The notes under the pieces: model-generated
The model's database searches: none
What the model saw: the letters and a program-made list of their open reading frames with translations, nothing else
What the model was told of the DNA's origin: nothing
Assembly: GCA_036001425.1 (NCBI GenBank)
Contig: DASYUI010000035.1
Span: 1,756-65,755, forward strand
Source: Actinomycetota bacterium
GTDB lineage: Bacteria; Actinomycetota; UBA4738; CALAEC01
Reading direction: 5' to 3'
DNA: 64,000 bases
Translations under genes and position numbers: made by a program
In this document: one piece after another, positions 42,211-52,039 of the stretch
Position numbering within the stretch: position 1 is the stretch's first letter
Layout of the letters: each line of letters starts with the position of its first letter

Positions 42211-44619
42211 ATGACCCTGATCGTCACGCTACGTTCGCGATCTCACGGTGTGGGTGCGAGACAATGGTGGACCGTTGCGCGCGCCATCGGAAGAGAGCGC
42301 TCTCTGGTGAGGATCGGGGCGGGACGGGTGCTCGTCCTCGGTCCTGTCCTCCTCGCGGCCACCACCCTGCTAGTTCAGCCCGCCTCGGCCCAAGCCTTCC
42401 GGCCCGAGGTCGACCGCCAGGTCATCGTGTTTCTCCTCGACCGCGTGTCCTTCGAGGAACTCCTGGCCGCCCCGGCGATACGGGCCCTGGCGCGGGCCGG
42501 GGGGGCCGCCCTCCTCAGTCCCCTCACCGTTCCCGGGGACGACGGACCGGGGGCCTACCTGACGCTCGGGGCCGGGACGCGGAGCGCGGGCCCGGACCCG
42601 CGCGTCCTGGCGTTCGACGCGACCGAGCCCGTCGAGGGTGACACCCGGGCAATCGAGATCTACGAGAAGCGTTACCCCCAGCGTGACCCGCCGAGCGGGC
42701 CCTTCCTCCTGGAGATCGAGCCGTACGTCCGCGCCAACGAGGGCCGCAGCGTGCCCGGTCTTCTCGGCCGCGTGTTGGCGGAGGCCGATCGAACCGTGGC
42801 GGTTTACGGGAACGCCGACTTCGGGGCGGGCCGGCACCGTCCAGCGGTGCTCGTGGGCATGGACGGCCGCGGGGAAGTCAACCGCGGCCGGGTGGGCCAG
42901 GCCTTCCTCCCTGTGGCGCCCGGGGACCCGCCCCTCCTCCTCCCCCTCGACGAGCCTGCCCCCGACGAGATCGGCGGGTACCGAACGGACTTCGACGTTC
43001 TCAGCTTCGTCGCACTGGGGAACCGATTCCCCAACCCCTCCCCGTACCTTTCCGCCCACCTCACGGTGTTCGACATGGGCGACACCCTCCGGATCGACGA
43101 GGGGGCCTCAGAGGCGTCAGCCGCGGCAGTGGCGGCCGCCCGCAGGGAAGCCCTCGGTCGGATCGGCGACCACGTCGAGCGCCTCGTCGGAAGGGCCGCC
43201 GCCCACGACGTCCTGGTGATCGTGGTGGGACCCTCCACCTCGGGTGCCATGGATACCGCCAAGGACATGGTGACGCCGATCGTGGTTGCCCGCGGCGACC
43301 CCCTCGAGCTATTCCCGGAGGAGGGACCTCTTGGCATCCTCACCTCGGCCACAACGCGACGGGACGGCGTCGTTTCCAATGAGGACGTGGCTCCCACCAT
43401 CCTTGACTTCTTCCGGCTGCGCATCAGCGCCGACATGCGGGGGTCGCCGATCACTCGGGTCGAGGGAGCGGCCCCCTTCGAGCTGCACGCTCGCCACCTC
43501 GCCAACCGGCGGATGACGGTGCCAATCCAAGCCGGGGCGGGCGCGTACGCGGCGCTGGCCGGGCTCCTGGGCGTGGTTCTGGCGGCGCGGCCGGATCGGG
43601 GGCCCCGCTGGCTCCGGCACGCGGCCGCGTGGCTCGCCCTATCGCCCCTGCCCCTCGCGGCGGCCCTGCTGCTCGCCGGTCACTTGCCTCGGCTGACCTA
43701 CACCGTGGTGGTGCCGTTCATCGTCGCGGCGGCAGCGGTGGGAACCCTCTTCCCGTTGCCACTTCGCCGCAACGGGCCGGTCGCTGCGCCGGCGGCCATC
43801 GGCGCGGTGCTTCTCGCCGCGCTCGCCGTTGAGGCGGCATTCGGGTGGACCGCGGCCCTCACGCCGTTCCTGGGAGGCTCGGAGCTCGACGGCGTGCGCT
43901 TCTACGGGCTTCCCAACGTCTTCATCGGGCTCCTCTTGGGCGGTGGGCTATGGGCGGCGGCCTTCCTGCCGACCGTAGCTGGCTTCGCCCTCCTGGTCGC
44001 CCTGGCTCTGTTCGCGGGCCTCCCGTGGACAGGGGCGAACATCGGGGCCGCCGTCACGCTGTTCACCGCGGCGGGCCTGTGGCTCGGGCTCCGGCGGCGG
44101 GGTGGGCTCGGATGGCGCGAGGTCGCGTTGGCTGCGGCGGTGGTGATCGGTGGTATGGCCGTGGTCCTGGCCTTTCACGCCCTCCCGGCCGGGCCCACCA
44201 CCCACGCCACGCGGTTCCTGCGGGGACCGGCCCGCACCCCCGCGGGTATCCTCTCGACCCTGGCGTCTCGCCTGGCGATCGGCGTCCGCATGGTCGCGCA
44301 GAACCCCCTCGCGCTCATCCCCGCCCTCGGCATCGGGGCCTGCCTCGCCGTCGTTCTGCGGCCGCCGGCGGCCATCCGAGGCTCGCTGGAGAGGTACGGG
44401 GCGTGGCGGGACGCACTCCTCGTGATCCTCCTCGCCAGCGCCGTGGCCTACGTCGCCAACGACACCGGTCCCTCCGCGGCCGGGCTCGGCTTCGCCGCGG
44501 GCCTGGGTGGCCTGCTGTGGGTGACACTGACCCACGAGGCTGCGCCCGCCTCTCCAGCGATCCCCCCTGCGCCCCCTCCGCCGATGCCGCCGGCCCCACC
44601 CGAAGTGACGCCGGGATGA
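42211..44619 (+). CDS. large membrane protein: N-terminal extracytoplasmic domain + polytopic C-terminal half
   Basis: Signal/TM 'RVLVLGPVLLAATTLLVQPASA', a soluble region of about 380 aa, then many hydrophobic helices. Start is ambiguous (42193, 42211 or 42307). Confidence 0.75.
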   Translation: MTLIVTLRSRSHGVGARQWWTVARAIGRERSLVRIGAGRVLVLGPVLLAATTLLVQPASAQAFRPEVDRQVIVFLLDRVSFEELLAAPAIRALARAGGAALLSPLTVPGDDGPGAYLTLGAGTRSAGPDPRVLAFDATEPVEGDTRAIEIYEKRYPQRDPPSGPFLLEIEPYVRANEGRSVPGLLGRVLAEADRTVAVYGNADFGAGRHRPAVLVGMDGRGEVNRGRVGQAFLPVAPGDPPLLLPLDEPAPDEIGGYRTDFDVLSFVALGNRFPNPSPYLSAHLTVFDMGDTLRIDEGASEASAAAVAAARREALGRIGDHVERLVGRAAAHDVLVIVVGPSTSGAMDTAKDMVTPIVVARGDPLELFPEEGPLGILTSATTRRDGVVSNEDVAPTILDFFRLRISADMRGSPITRVEGAAPFELHARHLANRRMTVPIQAGAGAYAALAGLLGVVLAARPDRGPRWLRHAAAWLALSPLPLAAALLLAGHLPRLTYTVVVPFIVAAAAVGTLFPLPLRRNGPVAAPAAIGAVLLAALAVEAAFGWTAALTPFLGGSELDGVRFYGLPNVFIGLLLGGGLWAAAFLPTVAGFALLVALALFAGLPWTGANIGAAVTLFTAAGLWLGLRRRGGLGWREVALAAAVVIGGMAVVLAFHALPAGPTTHATRFLRGPARTPAGILSTLASRLAIGVRMVAQNPLALIPALGIGACLAVVLRPPAAIRGSLERYGAWRDALLVILLASAVAYVANDTGPSAAGLGFAAGLGGLLWVTLTHEAAPASPAIPPAPPPPMPPAPPEVTPG

Positions 44620-44772
44620 ACCAGCGAACCATGGAACGGGAGCAGCGCTTGATCAACGAGTTCGAGGTGACCCGCACCTACGGAATGTATTGCCCGGTCG
44701 GACCACGATTAGCCGGCTCAGTGTGGCGGGCAGGACTTGCGTTGTCCGGCCCGGAGGGTGTAGAAAGGCCAC

Positions 44773-44814
44773 GGAACCGCGGGAGTCTTCGGACTCCGGC
44801 GGTTCCTTGTTTCT
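44773..44814 (+). terminator. Rho-independent terminator
   Basis: GGAACCGCGGGAGTC-TTCG-GACTCCGGCGGTTCC forms a 15-bp stem with 1 mismatch, followed by TTGTTTCT. Confidence 0.6.
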
Positions 44815-44885
44815 CGTGAGCCGGTCGCTGGGGAGTTACGCGTCGATGAGGAGAGGCACTCCCCGGCCGAGGAGAGCTCGGGTCT

Positions 44886-45428
44886 CTACCACACGTCTCC
44901 GGGCCGCCAGTCACAGCTGATCGGTGCCCACAGGTCGAGCTCGGGAGACGTGGGTGTCAGACGCACGAGCACGTTGCCGTCCTCCTGGGGCGTTCGGATG
45001 AGCCCCGAGTTCGTCCGGACGAAGGTGGGACCATTCCATACCACCCATCCAAGGCGCTCGTAGAAAGCGGAGCTGCCCGTGTCCAACGCGCCGAGTTGGA
45101 AGGTCTCATCGATGTGCTCATCCACATCTCGCATCAAGGCCGACCCATGGCCCCGTCGCTGATGGATGGGCCATGTCGCGACCGCCTCAACGTACCCTGT
45201 TGCGAGGATGTGGCCGCTCGTGTGCAGCTCTCGTTCGACCACGGACGCGTGGGCCACGAGTGCCCCGCCCTCTTCGAGGATGAAGTGGAGGCCTCCCAGG
45301 GCATGGTCCCAGTCCTCGTCGGTGAACTCGTCAGAATTGCCACCCCAGGCGGCACCGAACAGTTCGCGAAGCGCTGCGACCTCCTCCTTGCTCAGTTCGT
45401 CGCTGGCAAGTCGTCGCACAGCCGTCAC
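44886..45428 (-). CDS. GNAT acetyltransferase, aminoglycoside 2'-N-acetyltransferase AAC(2')-I-like
   Basis: From memory it matches mycobacterial AAC(2')-Ic along its length. Examples are 'FTDEDWDHALGGLH', 'GYVEAVATWPIHQRRGHGSALM', 'QLGALDTGSSAFYERLGW' and the terminal 'CDWRPGDVW' (Mtb 'CDWRAGDVW'). Confidence 0.8.
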   Translation of the reverse strand: MTAVRRLASDELSKEEVAALRELFGAAWGGNSDEFTDEDWDHALGGLHFILEEGGALVAHASVVERELHTSGHILATGYVEAVATWPIHQRRGHGSALMRDVDEHIDETFQLGALDTGSSAFYERLGWVVWNGPTFVRTNSGLIRTPQEDGNVLVRLTPTSPELDLWAPISCDWRPGDVW

Positions 45429-45509
45429 ACGAGAACGATACCTCGAGGACTTGAACCCTCCGGCTTACGGATCACGAGTCCGTCGCGGCTCCGGCTCGGA
45501 TCCGCGCGC

Positions 45510-46379
45510 CTAGGTGTCCGGCAGCCGGGGGCCGCCGGCCGTGGTCATGGGGCAGCGGGGGTCGGGGCCCGCAGCGTCGAGGGCCTCGGCGAGCCACTCG
45601 TGGGCCGGGTCCAGGCACACCCGCCACGCCCGCTCGGCCGGGCCCGCCATCACGTTGAGGTAGTACATCGTATGGCCCGGCATGGCGACGCAGGGGCCGT
45701 GATAGCCACGAGGGATGAGGAACACGTCTCCATCGCGGACCGTCACGGTGGCGTCGATCTCTCCGTCGAGCGTGTACGTGCGGTGGAATCCGAACCCGGA
45801 GTCACCCCGGATCCGGAAGTAGTAGATCTCCTCCAGGGGCACCTCGCTCTCGTTGTGCTCGTCGTGCTTGTGGGGCGGGAACGAGGACCAGTTCCCCTCC
45901 GGCGTGAGCACCTCGACGGCGATCAGCTTCTCCGCCTCGAAGGCGTCCGCCGACATGAAGTTGTTGATCTGTCGGGTGGCGACCCCGCCGCCTCGAACTT
46001 CCACGGCCACCGCTCCGGCCGGGACGTACACGGGCTCGAGCCGGCGGGTCGCGCGGGCCGAGGGCAGCGCGAGCTCCCCCCCAGTCGAGCTCGTGATGCG
46101 AGCCTCGCTCCCGGCCGGCAAGTACGCGAAGTCACTGACCCGGGAAAACACGTCTCGGCGCCCTTCGAGCTGGAAGGACTCCGATCCCACTTCCACCCGG
46201 AAAGAGCCCGAGAGCGGGAGCATCGCGGCCTCGAATCCCTCGAGGGTGATCGTCCGGCTCCCGGCGGGAGGGACCGCCATCACTCGCAATGCCGAGAATC
46301 CCCAGCCCGCCCCCTCCGGGGTGATGGCTACCGGGTCGGGTCCGTCGGCCAGTGTCCCGGCTGGGCGGAAGAGATCCAT
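45510..46379 (-). CDS. iolB: 5-deoxy-glucuronate isomerase
   Basis: Cupin region 'SFPPHKHDEHNESEVPLEEIYYFR...GYHGPCVAMPGHTMYYLNVMAGP'. Sits in iol context. ATG 46379; the upstream part of the ORF is artefact. Confidence 0.85.
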   Translation of the reverse strand: MDLFRPAGTLADGPDPVAITPEGAGWGFSALRVMAVPPAGSRTITLEGFEAAMLPLSGSFRVEVGSESFQLEGRRDVFSRVSDFAYLPAGSEARITSSTGGELALPSARATRRLEPVYVPAGAVAVEVRGGGVATRQINNFMSADAFEAEKLIAVEVLTPEGNWSSFPPHKHDEHNESEVPLEEIYYFRIRGDSGFGFHRTYTLDGEIDATVTVRDGDVFLIPRGYHGPCVAMPGHTMYYLNVMAGPAERAWRVCLDPAHEWLAEALDAAGPDPRCPMTTAGGPRLPDT

Positions 46380-46401
46380 CGAGGACCCTCGAGAGGCCGG
46401 C

Positions 46402-47319
46402 TCAGTCATCACCCAGCAAGGCCAGGACCTGTTTCTCGTCCGGCATGGCATCGGCGCAGGCAAGCTGGGCGGCCACATGTGCTCCGGCGGCGCCCGCGAA
46501 ACGGATCGTGCGCACGGTGTCCCAGCCCTCCAGAAGCCCATGACAGAGGCCCGCCCCAAAAGCGTCCCCCGCCCCCACCCCGCAGACCACCTCAACGGGC
46601 ACGGCGGGGACCCGCTCCATCTCGCCATCCCAGGCCACCAGCACCCCGGCCGGGCCCAGTTTCACGATGGCGAGCTCGACTCCGATGTCGAGCAGCCGTC
46701 CGGCCAGCTCCTCCGGTTCGCCATCCCCCACGGCCACCGACACCTCCTCGCGGTTCCCCACGGCGACGGTCGCGTGGACGAGCGCGGCCTTCTGCCGGTC
46801 TCCCGCCTCACCGGGTTCCGGCCAGAGCGTGGGCCGGTAGTCGAGGTCGTGGACGGTGATCCCCGACCGTCCCCTAGCCTCCAGAGCAGCCACGGTGGCG
46901 GAGCGGCTCGGTTCGTCGGAGAGGCCGGTGCCGGTGGTCCAGAAGATGCGGGCGTCGCGGATGGCGTCGTAGTCGAGCTCCTCTGGCTCCAGGTTGATGT
47001 CAGGGGCCTTGGGCTCCCGGTAGAAGAGAAGGGGAAACCGATCAGGTGGGTAGATCTCGCAGAACACAAGGGGGGTACGGAGGGACGGATCGGTGCCGAC
47101 GTACCGATCGTCCACGCCGAACTCCCGCAACGCGACGCGCGCGTACACGCCGAATCCGTCGTCTCCGACCTTGGTGATGACCGCCGACCGGTGCCCGTAC
47201 CGGGCTGCCCCGACCGCCACGTTCGTCGGGCTCCCTCCGAGGGATTTGGCGAACGTCCGGATTTCTGCCAGAGAGACCCCGATCTGCTCCGGGTACAGGT
47301 CCACGCTGATCCGTCCCAT
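46402..47319 (-). CDS. iolC: 5-dehydro-2-deoxygluconokinase (PfkB family)
   Basis: 'MGRISVDLYPEQIGVSLAEIRTFAKSLGGSPTNVAVGAARYG' and the PfkB C-terminal 'GAGDAFGAG'. Confidence 0.85.
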   Translation of the reverse strand: MGRISVDLYPEQIGVSLAEIRTFAKSLGGSPTNVAVGAARYGHRSAVITKVGDDGFGVYARVALREFGVDDRYVGTDPSLRTPLVFCEIYPPDRFPLLFYREPKAPDINLEPEELDYDAIRDARIFWTTGTGLSDEPSRSATVAALEARGRSGITVHDLDYRPTLWPEPGEAGDRQKAALVHATVAVGNREEVSVAVGDGEPEELAGRLLDIGVELAIVKLGPAGVLVAWDGEMERVPAVPVEVVCGVGAGDAFGAGLCHGLLEGWDTVRTIRFAGAAGAHVAAQLACADAMPDEKQVLALLGDD

Positions 47320-47345
47320 GGTGAGGACGTCGTACGGCGATCTCG

Positions 47346-48257
47346 TCAGATCCCCCTCGCCTCCAGGAACCTTCGGTTCCGAGCTTGCGCTTCGGCCGCC
47401 TCGCTCAATTGCTCCTCCGGCCCTGGGATCCGATCCTGCTCCACCACGAGCCAGCCGGAAAAGCGCCGATCCTTCACGAGAGAGAGGAATCCCTCGATAT
47501 CGACGTCTCCGGTTCCGAGCTCACAGAAGGTGCCCCAGCTCCACACGGCTTCCATCCCGGCGCGTTCGGCGATCACCTTCCGGAGGACCTCCATGCGAAC
47601 GTCCTTGACGTGCAGGTGGTTGATACGGTCGCCCCAGTCCCCGAGCGCCTGAGCCGGGTCCCCGCCCCCCAGCAGCAGGTGGCCGGTGTCGAGGCACAGG
47701 CCGACGTCGGTCAGTTCGAGCAGCCGTTCGATCTCGTGCGGGGCCTCCACGTGAGAGCAAGCGTGGTGATGGAACGTGGGCTCGACGCCTCGCTCCCGAC
47801 ACCGGTCGGACGCCCGCTTCACCCCGTCGGCCAGACGCACCCATCCCGACGCGTCGAGCCCGATCTCGGGCAGGTCCTTCCCCCTTCCCGGGTTGGACGC
47901 CCTCGCCGGCGACCCGGCGTCCGCGAGGGTTGGCTTGGGAGGGTCCAGCCCTACATCGGCGACAGCGGAGAAGATATCGAGCGCCTGGTCCAGGTCGGTG
48001 ACATCCTCCTCGAATCCCTCCGGCTCGGAGAACCGCATCTGCACCCATCCGCCCGCCAGCCTCAGACCGCGAGTCTCGAGCCGCGCGGGCAGCTCGTATC
48101 GGTGCCCGAGGTATCCAACCGGCCCGAGGTCGATCCCCTCGTACCCTGCGCCGGCCACCGCATCCAGGATCTCCGCTGAGCCCGGCAGGTTGGGTAGCTT
48201 CCCCATGGTCAGCTCGAAGACACCGAAGCTCACCGGGGCATTGGCGACTCGGATCAC
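47346..48257 (-). CDS. xylose-isomerase-like TIM-barrel protein, inosose dehydratase (IolE)-like
   Basis: 'VANAPVSFGVFE', 'FHHHACSHVE' and 'GLCLDTGHLLLGGGDP'. GTG 48257 overlaps the iolG stop (GTGA). Confidence 0.75.
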   Translation of the reverse strand: MIRVANAPVSFGVFELTMGKLPNLPGSAEILDAVAGAGYEGIDLGPVGYLGHRYELPARLETRGLRLAGGWVQMRFSEPEGFEEDVTDLDQALDIFSAVADVGLDPPKPTLADAGSPARASNPGRGKDLPEIGLDASGWVRLADGVKRASDRCRERGVEPTFHHHACSHVEAPHEIERLLELTDVGLCLDTGHLLLGGGDPAQALGDWGDRINHLHVKDVRMEVLRKVIAERAGMEAVWSWGTFCELGTGDVDIEGFLSLVKDRRFSGWLVVEQDRIPGPEEQLSEAAEAQARNRRFLEARGI

Positions 48258-49258
48258 CCTCCCAGCTCCGCGTCCCCGACCGACACCGGCGTTCCGGTTT
48301 GGGCCGACCTCCCACATGCCTCAGCCACGATGATCGCGGCTCGAGCGTCCCGCGGAGTGCATGGACTCGGGCGAGCTCCGGCCGCGACCTCGATGAAGGC
48401 CTGCATCTCCGTCACGTAGGCCTCCCCGAACCGATCGAGCCAGCCTTTTGTCACGGGCTCCGCCGGCGGAGGCATCCCCTCCTCCAGTGAACGGATCGGC
48501 GCGTGCGGGTCCAGGCCCACCGCGACGCTGTCCTCGGTCCCGAACACCTCCATGCGGACGTCGTACCCGAGGGGATCGCGGCGGCTCCCCGAGAGGATCG
48601 CCAGCGCACCCCCCTCGAGATGTGCGACCACAGCCACGCTGGCCAGATCGCCATGAGTCTCGAACACCGGCATGGTCAGGTTCGAGCCGGTCGCGTAGAC
48701 GGTCACCACCTCGCTTCCAGAGACGAAACGAAGGGCGTCGATGTCGTGGATCAACATGTCCTTGAATACTCCGCCGGAACGCGAGATGTACTCCTCGGGA
48801 GGTGGGGCGGGGTCGTGAGTGTGGGCCGTCACGAGGAGCACGTCTCCAAGCCGCCCAGATGCGACCAGATCGTGCGCCTCCCCATATCCGGGATCGAACC
48901 TTCGTTGGAACCCGATCTGAACGGGGATCTCGGCCTTCTCGATCGCCGCGATGGCCCGCTCGGTCTCCTCCAGGGTCAGCGCGATGGGCTTCTCACAGAA
49001 AGCCGGTAGGCCGGTCTCTGCCGCCTTGAGGAGGTACTCGACGTGCGTATCGGTCGGCGAGGCGATGACGACGGTGTCCACTTCGCCGAACAGCCGGTCC
49101 GCCGATTCGACGAGCTTCGCGTCGTGCAGCGACGCCAGTCGCTCCCCCGCCTCCAGGACGGGGTCGAAGACCGCCAGGCTCTCGACCTCTGGGTGACCGG
49201 CGAGCGTCGCCGCGTGGATGGAGGCGATGCGGCCGGCTCCGATCAAGCCAACTCTCAA
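48254..49258 (-). CDS. iolG: myo-inositol 2-dehydrogenase (Gfo/Idh/MocA family)
   Basis: 'MRVGLIGAGRIASIHA', 'AFCEKPIALTLEE' and 'VQIGFQRRFDPGY'. Confidence 0.85.
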   Translation of the reverse strand: MRVGLIGAGRIASIHAATLAGHPEVESLAVFDPVLEAGERLASLHDAKLVESADRLFGEVDTVVIASPTDTHVEYLLKAAETGLPAFCEKPIALTLEETERAIAAIEKAEIPVQIGFQRRFDPGYGEAHDLVASGRLGDVLLVTAHTHDPAPPPEEYISRSGGVFKDMLIHDIDALRFVSGSEVVTVYATGSNLTMPVFETHGDLASVAVVAHLEGGALAILSGSRRDPLGYDVRMEVFGTEDSVAVGLDPHAPIRSLEEGMPPPAEPVTKGWLDRFGEAYVTEMQAFIEVAAGARPSPCTPRDARAAIIVAEACGRSAQTGTPVSVGDAELGG

Positions 49259-49373
49259 GGAAACCCCCTCGGACGCTCAACGGGCGCCAGATAGAATATC
49301 TTCCGGCCAACCCAGGGTGCGCGCGGGTTACCTATCGCACGAGGTCGGCAGCAGGACAGGAGCTGAGAGAGCG

Positions 49374-51221
49374 ATGGAAACCGTCCGCCTTACCGTTGCC
49401 CAAGCGATCGTGAAGTTCCTGATGGCCCAGCGGATCGATCTCGACGGCGAGGAGGCGCCCCTCTTCCCCGGAGTGTTCGCGATCTTCGGCCACGGAAACG
49501 TGACGTGCCTGGGCGAGGCGCTCCAGGCGGTCGAGGACGAGCTTCCCACCTGGCGAGGGCAGAACGAGCAGACCATGGCCATGGCCGCGGTGGCGTACGC
49601 CAAAGCCAAGCGACGCCGCCAGATCATGGTGGCGACCAGCTCCATCGGCCCCGGCACCACGAACATGCTGACCGCGGCCGCGATCGCTCATGCCGATCGC
49701 CTTCCTCTTCTAGTGTTGGCGGGAGACACGTTCGCCAGCCGGCTGCCCGATCCGGTCCTCCAGCAGGTCGAGCCGTTCCACGACCCGACCATCACCGTGA
49801 CCGACGCGTTCCGGCCCGTGACCCGTTACTGGGACCGAATCACTTCCCCCGAGCAGATCATCCAATCACTTCCGCATGCCGTGGCCACGATGCTCGACCC
49901 CGCGGAGTGCGGCCCCGCCTTCGTCGGATTGCCTCAGGACGTCCAGCCACAGGCATTCGACTATCCGGCAGTATTCTTCGAACGCCGGGTGCACCGGATC
50001 AGGCGTCCGGGCCCAGATCCGGCCGAGATCGGCACGGCCGCGGAGATCCTGCGCTCGGCCCGGCGTCCGCTGTTGATCGCGGGCGGAGGAGTTCACTACT
50101 CGCTCACTACACCCGAACTTTCGTCCTTCGCCGAGAAGCATCGGCTTCCGGTCGTGGAGACGATGGCGGGCAAGTCCTCGCTGACCTGGGATCACCCATG
50201 CTACGCCGGTCCACTCGGGGTCACCGGAAGCACGTCGGCCAATGCCCTCGCTGCGGAGGCGGATGTTGTTCTGGCGGTGGGAACGCGTCTCCAGGACTTC
50301 ACGACCGGCTCTTGGACCGTGTTCCACGAAGAGGACATGCGGCTGATCTCCTTGAACGTCGGTCGGTTCGACGCTACCAAGCACCGGGCCTTCCCGGTCG
50401 TCGCGGACGCAAGGCGCGGGATCGAAGAGCTGAGCTTCGCCCTGGGCGACTGGCGCGCGGCGGAGGGGTGGATGTCCCGAGCCCAGGAAGAGTACCGAGC
50501 CTGGAACGCCTATCTGGACGAGGCTGCTGCGCCGCCTCCCGCGGGTAAGCTTCCTTCTTACGCGGCAGTGATCCGCACTGTGAACCATCACGCGGGACCG
50601 AACGACTACGCGCTTTCCGCGGCAGGTGGATTCCCTGGGGAGCTCAACAAGCATTGGCGAGCCCTCGAGGTCGGGAGCTTCGACTGCGAGTACGGGTTCA
50701 GCTGCATGGGCTACGAGATCGGCGGGGCGTGGGGCGCGGCCATGGCGCTCCCCGAGCGGACGGTGATCTCGTTCTGTGGCGACGGCTCCTACTTGATGGC
50801 GAACTCTGACGTCTACAGCTCGGTTCTCTCAGGCCACAAGTTCATCGTGATCCTTTGCGACAACGGCGGGTACGCGGTGATCAACCGGCTCCAGGAGTTC
50901 AAGGGAGGAGCTCCGTTCAACAACCTCATCGAGCATTCCCGCTTCAAGGAGCTCGTGTACGTCGATTTCGTCCAACATGCCCGGGCGATGGGCGCCAGGG
51001 CGGAGGAAGTCGCCTCGCTCGAGGAGTTGGAGCAGGCTCTGGAGCGCGCCCGAGTGGCCGACCGGACCACGGTAATCGTGACGAAGACCGATCCGTACAC
51101 GTGGACGGGCGGAGACGCGTGGTGGGACGTGGGCGTTCCGGAGGTATCCGACCGGGAAGAGGTGCGGGTGGCCAAGGCTCAGCACGAGGCGGAGCGCAAG
51201 CATCAGCGTGTGGGGGTATGA
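49374..51221 (+). CDS. iolD: 3D-(3,5/4)-trihydroxycyclohexane-1,2-dione acylhydrolase (ThDP enzyme)
   Basis: 'METVRLTVAQAIVKFL...FAIFGHGNVTCLGEAL' and the ThDP motif 'GDGSYLMANSDV...NGGYAVIN'. Divergent from iolG. Confidence 0.9.
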   Translation: METVRLTVAQAIVKFLMAQRIDLDGEEAPLFPGVFAIFGHGNVTCLGEALQAVEDELPTWRGQNEQTMAMAAVAYAKAKRRRQIMVATSSIGPGTTNMLTAAAIAHADRLPLLVLAGDTFASRLPDPVLQQVEPFHDPTITVTDAFRPVTRYWDRITSPEQIIQSLPHAVATMLDPAECGPAFVGLPQDVQPQAFDYPAVFFERRVHRIRRPGPDPAEIGTAAEILRSARRPLLIAGGGVHYSLTTPELSSFAEKHRLPVVETMAGKSSLTWDHPCYAGPLGVTGSTSANALAAEADVVLAVGTRLQDFTTGSWTVFHEEDMRLISLNVGRFDATKHRAFPVVADARRGIEELSFALGDWRAAEGWMSRAQEEYRAWNAYLDEAAAPPPAGKLPSYAAVIRTVNHHAGPNDYALSAAGGFPGELNKHWRALEVGSFDCEYGFSCMGYEIGGAWGAAMALPERTVISFCGDGSYLMANSDVYSSVLSGHKFIVILCDNGGYAVINRLQEFKGGAPFNNLIEHSRFKELVYVDFVQHARAMGARAEEVASLEELEQALERARVADRTTVIVTKTDPYTWTGGDAWWDVGVPEVSDREEVRVAKAQHEAERKHQRVGV

Positions 51222-51232
51222 CCTGATCTCTC

Positions 51233-52024
51233 TTACAGCACCCGTTCGAGGGCTGCCCAGCCGCGACGCGTGACCGAAACCGGATCCTCCTCCCAGTAGC
51301 GTGGATTGAACGTCTCGAGGCTCCACGGGCCCCGGTAGTCGCGGCTGCGGAGGACGTCGAGCAGCTCCGGGAGACGGATCACCCCCTCGCCGGGGAGCAC
51401 ACGATCGGCGTCCTCGATCTCCCGCGGCGGCTTCGCCGGGGCGTCGTTCAAGTGGACCATGGCAACGCGTTCGACCGGGAGCGGGTCGAGCGACCCGCCG
51501 CCACTGGCGTGCCAATGGCAGGAGTCCAGGACGAGGTCGACGTCTTCCAGGTCCTTCACCGCCGCTGCTGCAGCCTGCGGCGTTCCGATCGGGCAGTCGA
51601 AGAACCCGAGAAACTCGAAGGCGACCTTCACTCCGTGGGCCGCCGCTCGGTCCCGCACCAGCACGAGGCCCTCGCGGATCCCGGAAAGGGCCGCGGCCTC
51701 GCCGAGCCCCGCGACCCGAGGCGGGACGGCCAACAGGTAGACGGCGCCGATCGCGCGGCAGATCTCCAGGCGGGCGTCGAGGTCGGCCTGGAGCGTCTCT
51801 CGCTCGAGGCCGCCGTCCGCCAAGAGACCGATCCGTACTCCGTTGAGGCTCCAAACCTCACCGGGCCGGGCCGCCCGCGACGTGGCGGCCACCTCGGCAG
51901 CATCCGCGAGGAGACGCTCGGCGCGCGCCTCGATCCCCGAGAATCCAGCCCCTCGCGCGATCTGCAGCTGGAGCTGAGTCGGCGTCGTCATGATGGTCGC
52001 GCCGTTGAGATACCTCTCGTTCAT
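51233..52024 (-). CDS. sugar phosphate isomerase/epimerase (xylose-isomerase-like TIM barrel)
   Basis: 'VAFEFLGF', 'LDSCHWHASGG' and 'MVHLNDAP' are TIM-barrel metal-site patterns. Adjacent to the ABC importer. Confidence 0.75.
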   Translation of the reverse strand: MNERYLNGATIMTTPTQLQLQIARGAGFSGIEARAERLLADAAEVAATSRAARPGEVWSLNGVRIGLLADGGLERETLQADLDARLEICRAIGAVYLLAVPPRVAGLGEAAALSGIREGLVLVRDRAAAHGVKVAFEFLGFFDCPIGTPQAAAAAVKDLEDVDLVLDSCHWHASGGGSLDPLPVERVAMVHLNDAPAKPPREIEDADRVLPGEGVIRLPELLDVLRSRDYRGPWSLETFNPRYWEEDPVSVTRRGWAALERVL

Positions 52025-52039
52025 CGGTGTACCCGCGCC

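Noticed and set aside
44616-44819. 67-aa ORF starting at an ATGA overlap with the large membrane protein (MNQRTMEREQRLINEFEVTRTYGMYCPV...)
   Set aside because: The first third looks protein-like. However, the frame reads straight through the 15-bp terminator stem and ends in its U-tract, so most of it is probably not translated. It is left unannotated.
45096-47652. 587-aa and 599-aa plus-strand ORFs across iolB/iolC
   Set aside because: They are antisense to genes with clear cupin and PfkB motifs, and are Arg/Pro/Gly-rich.
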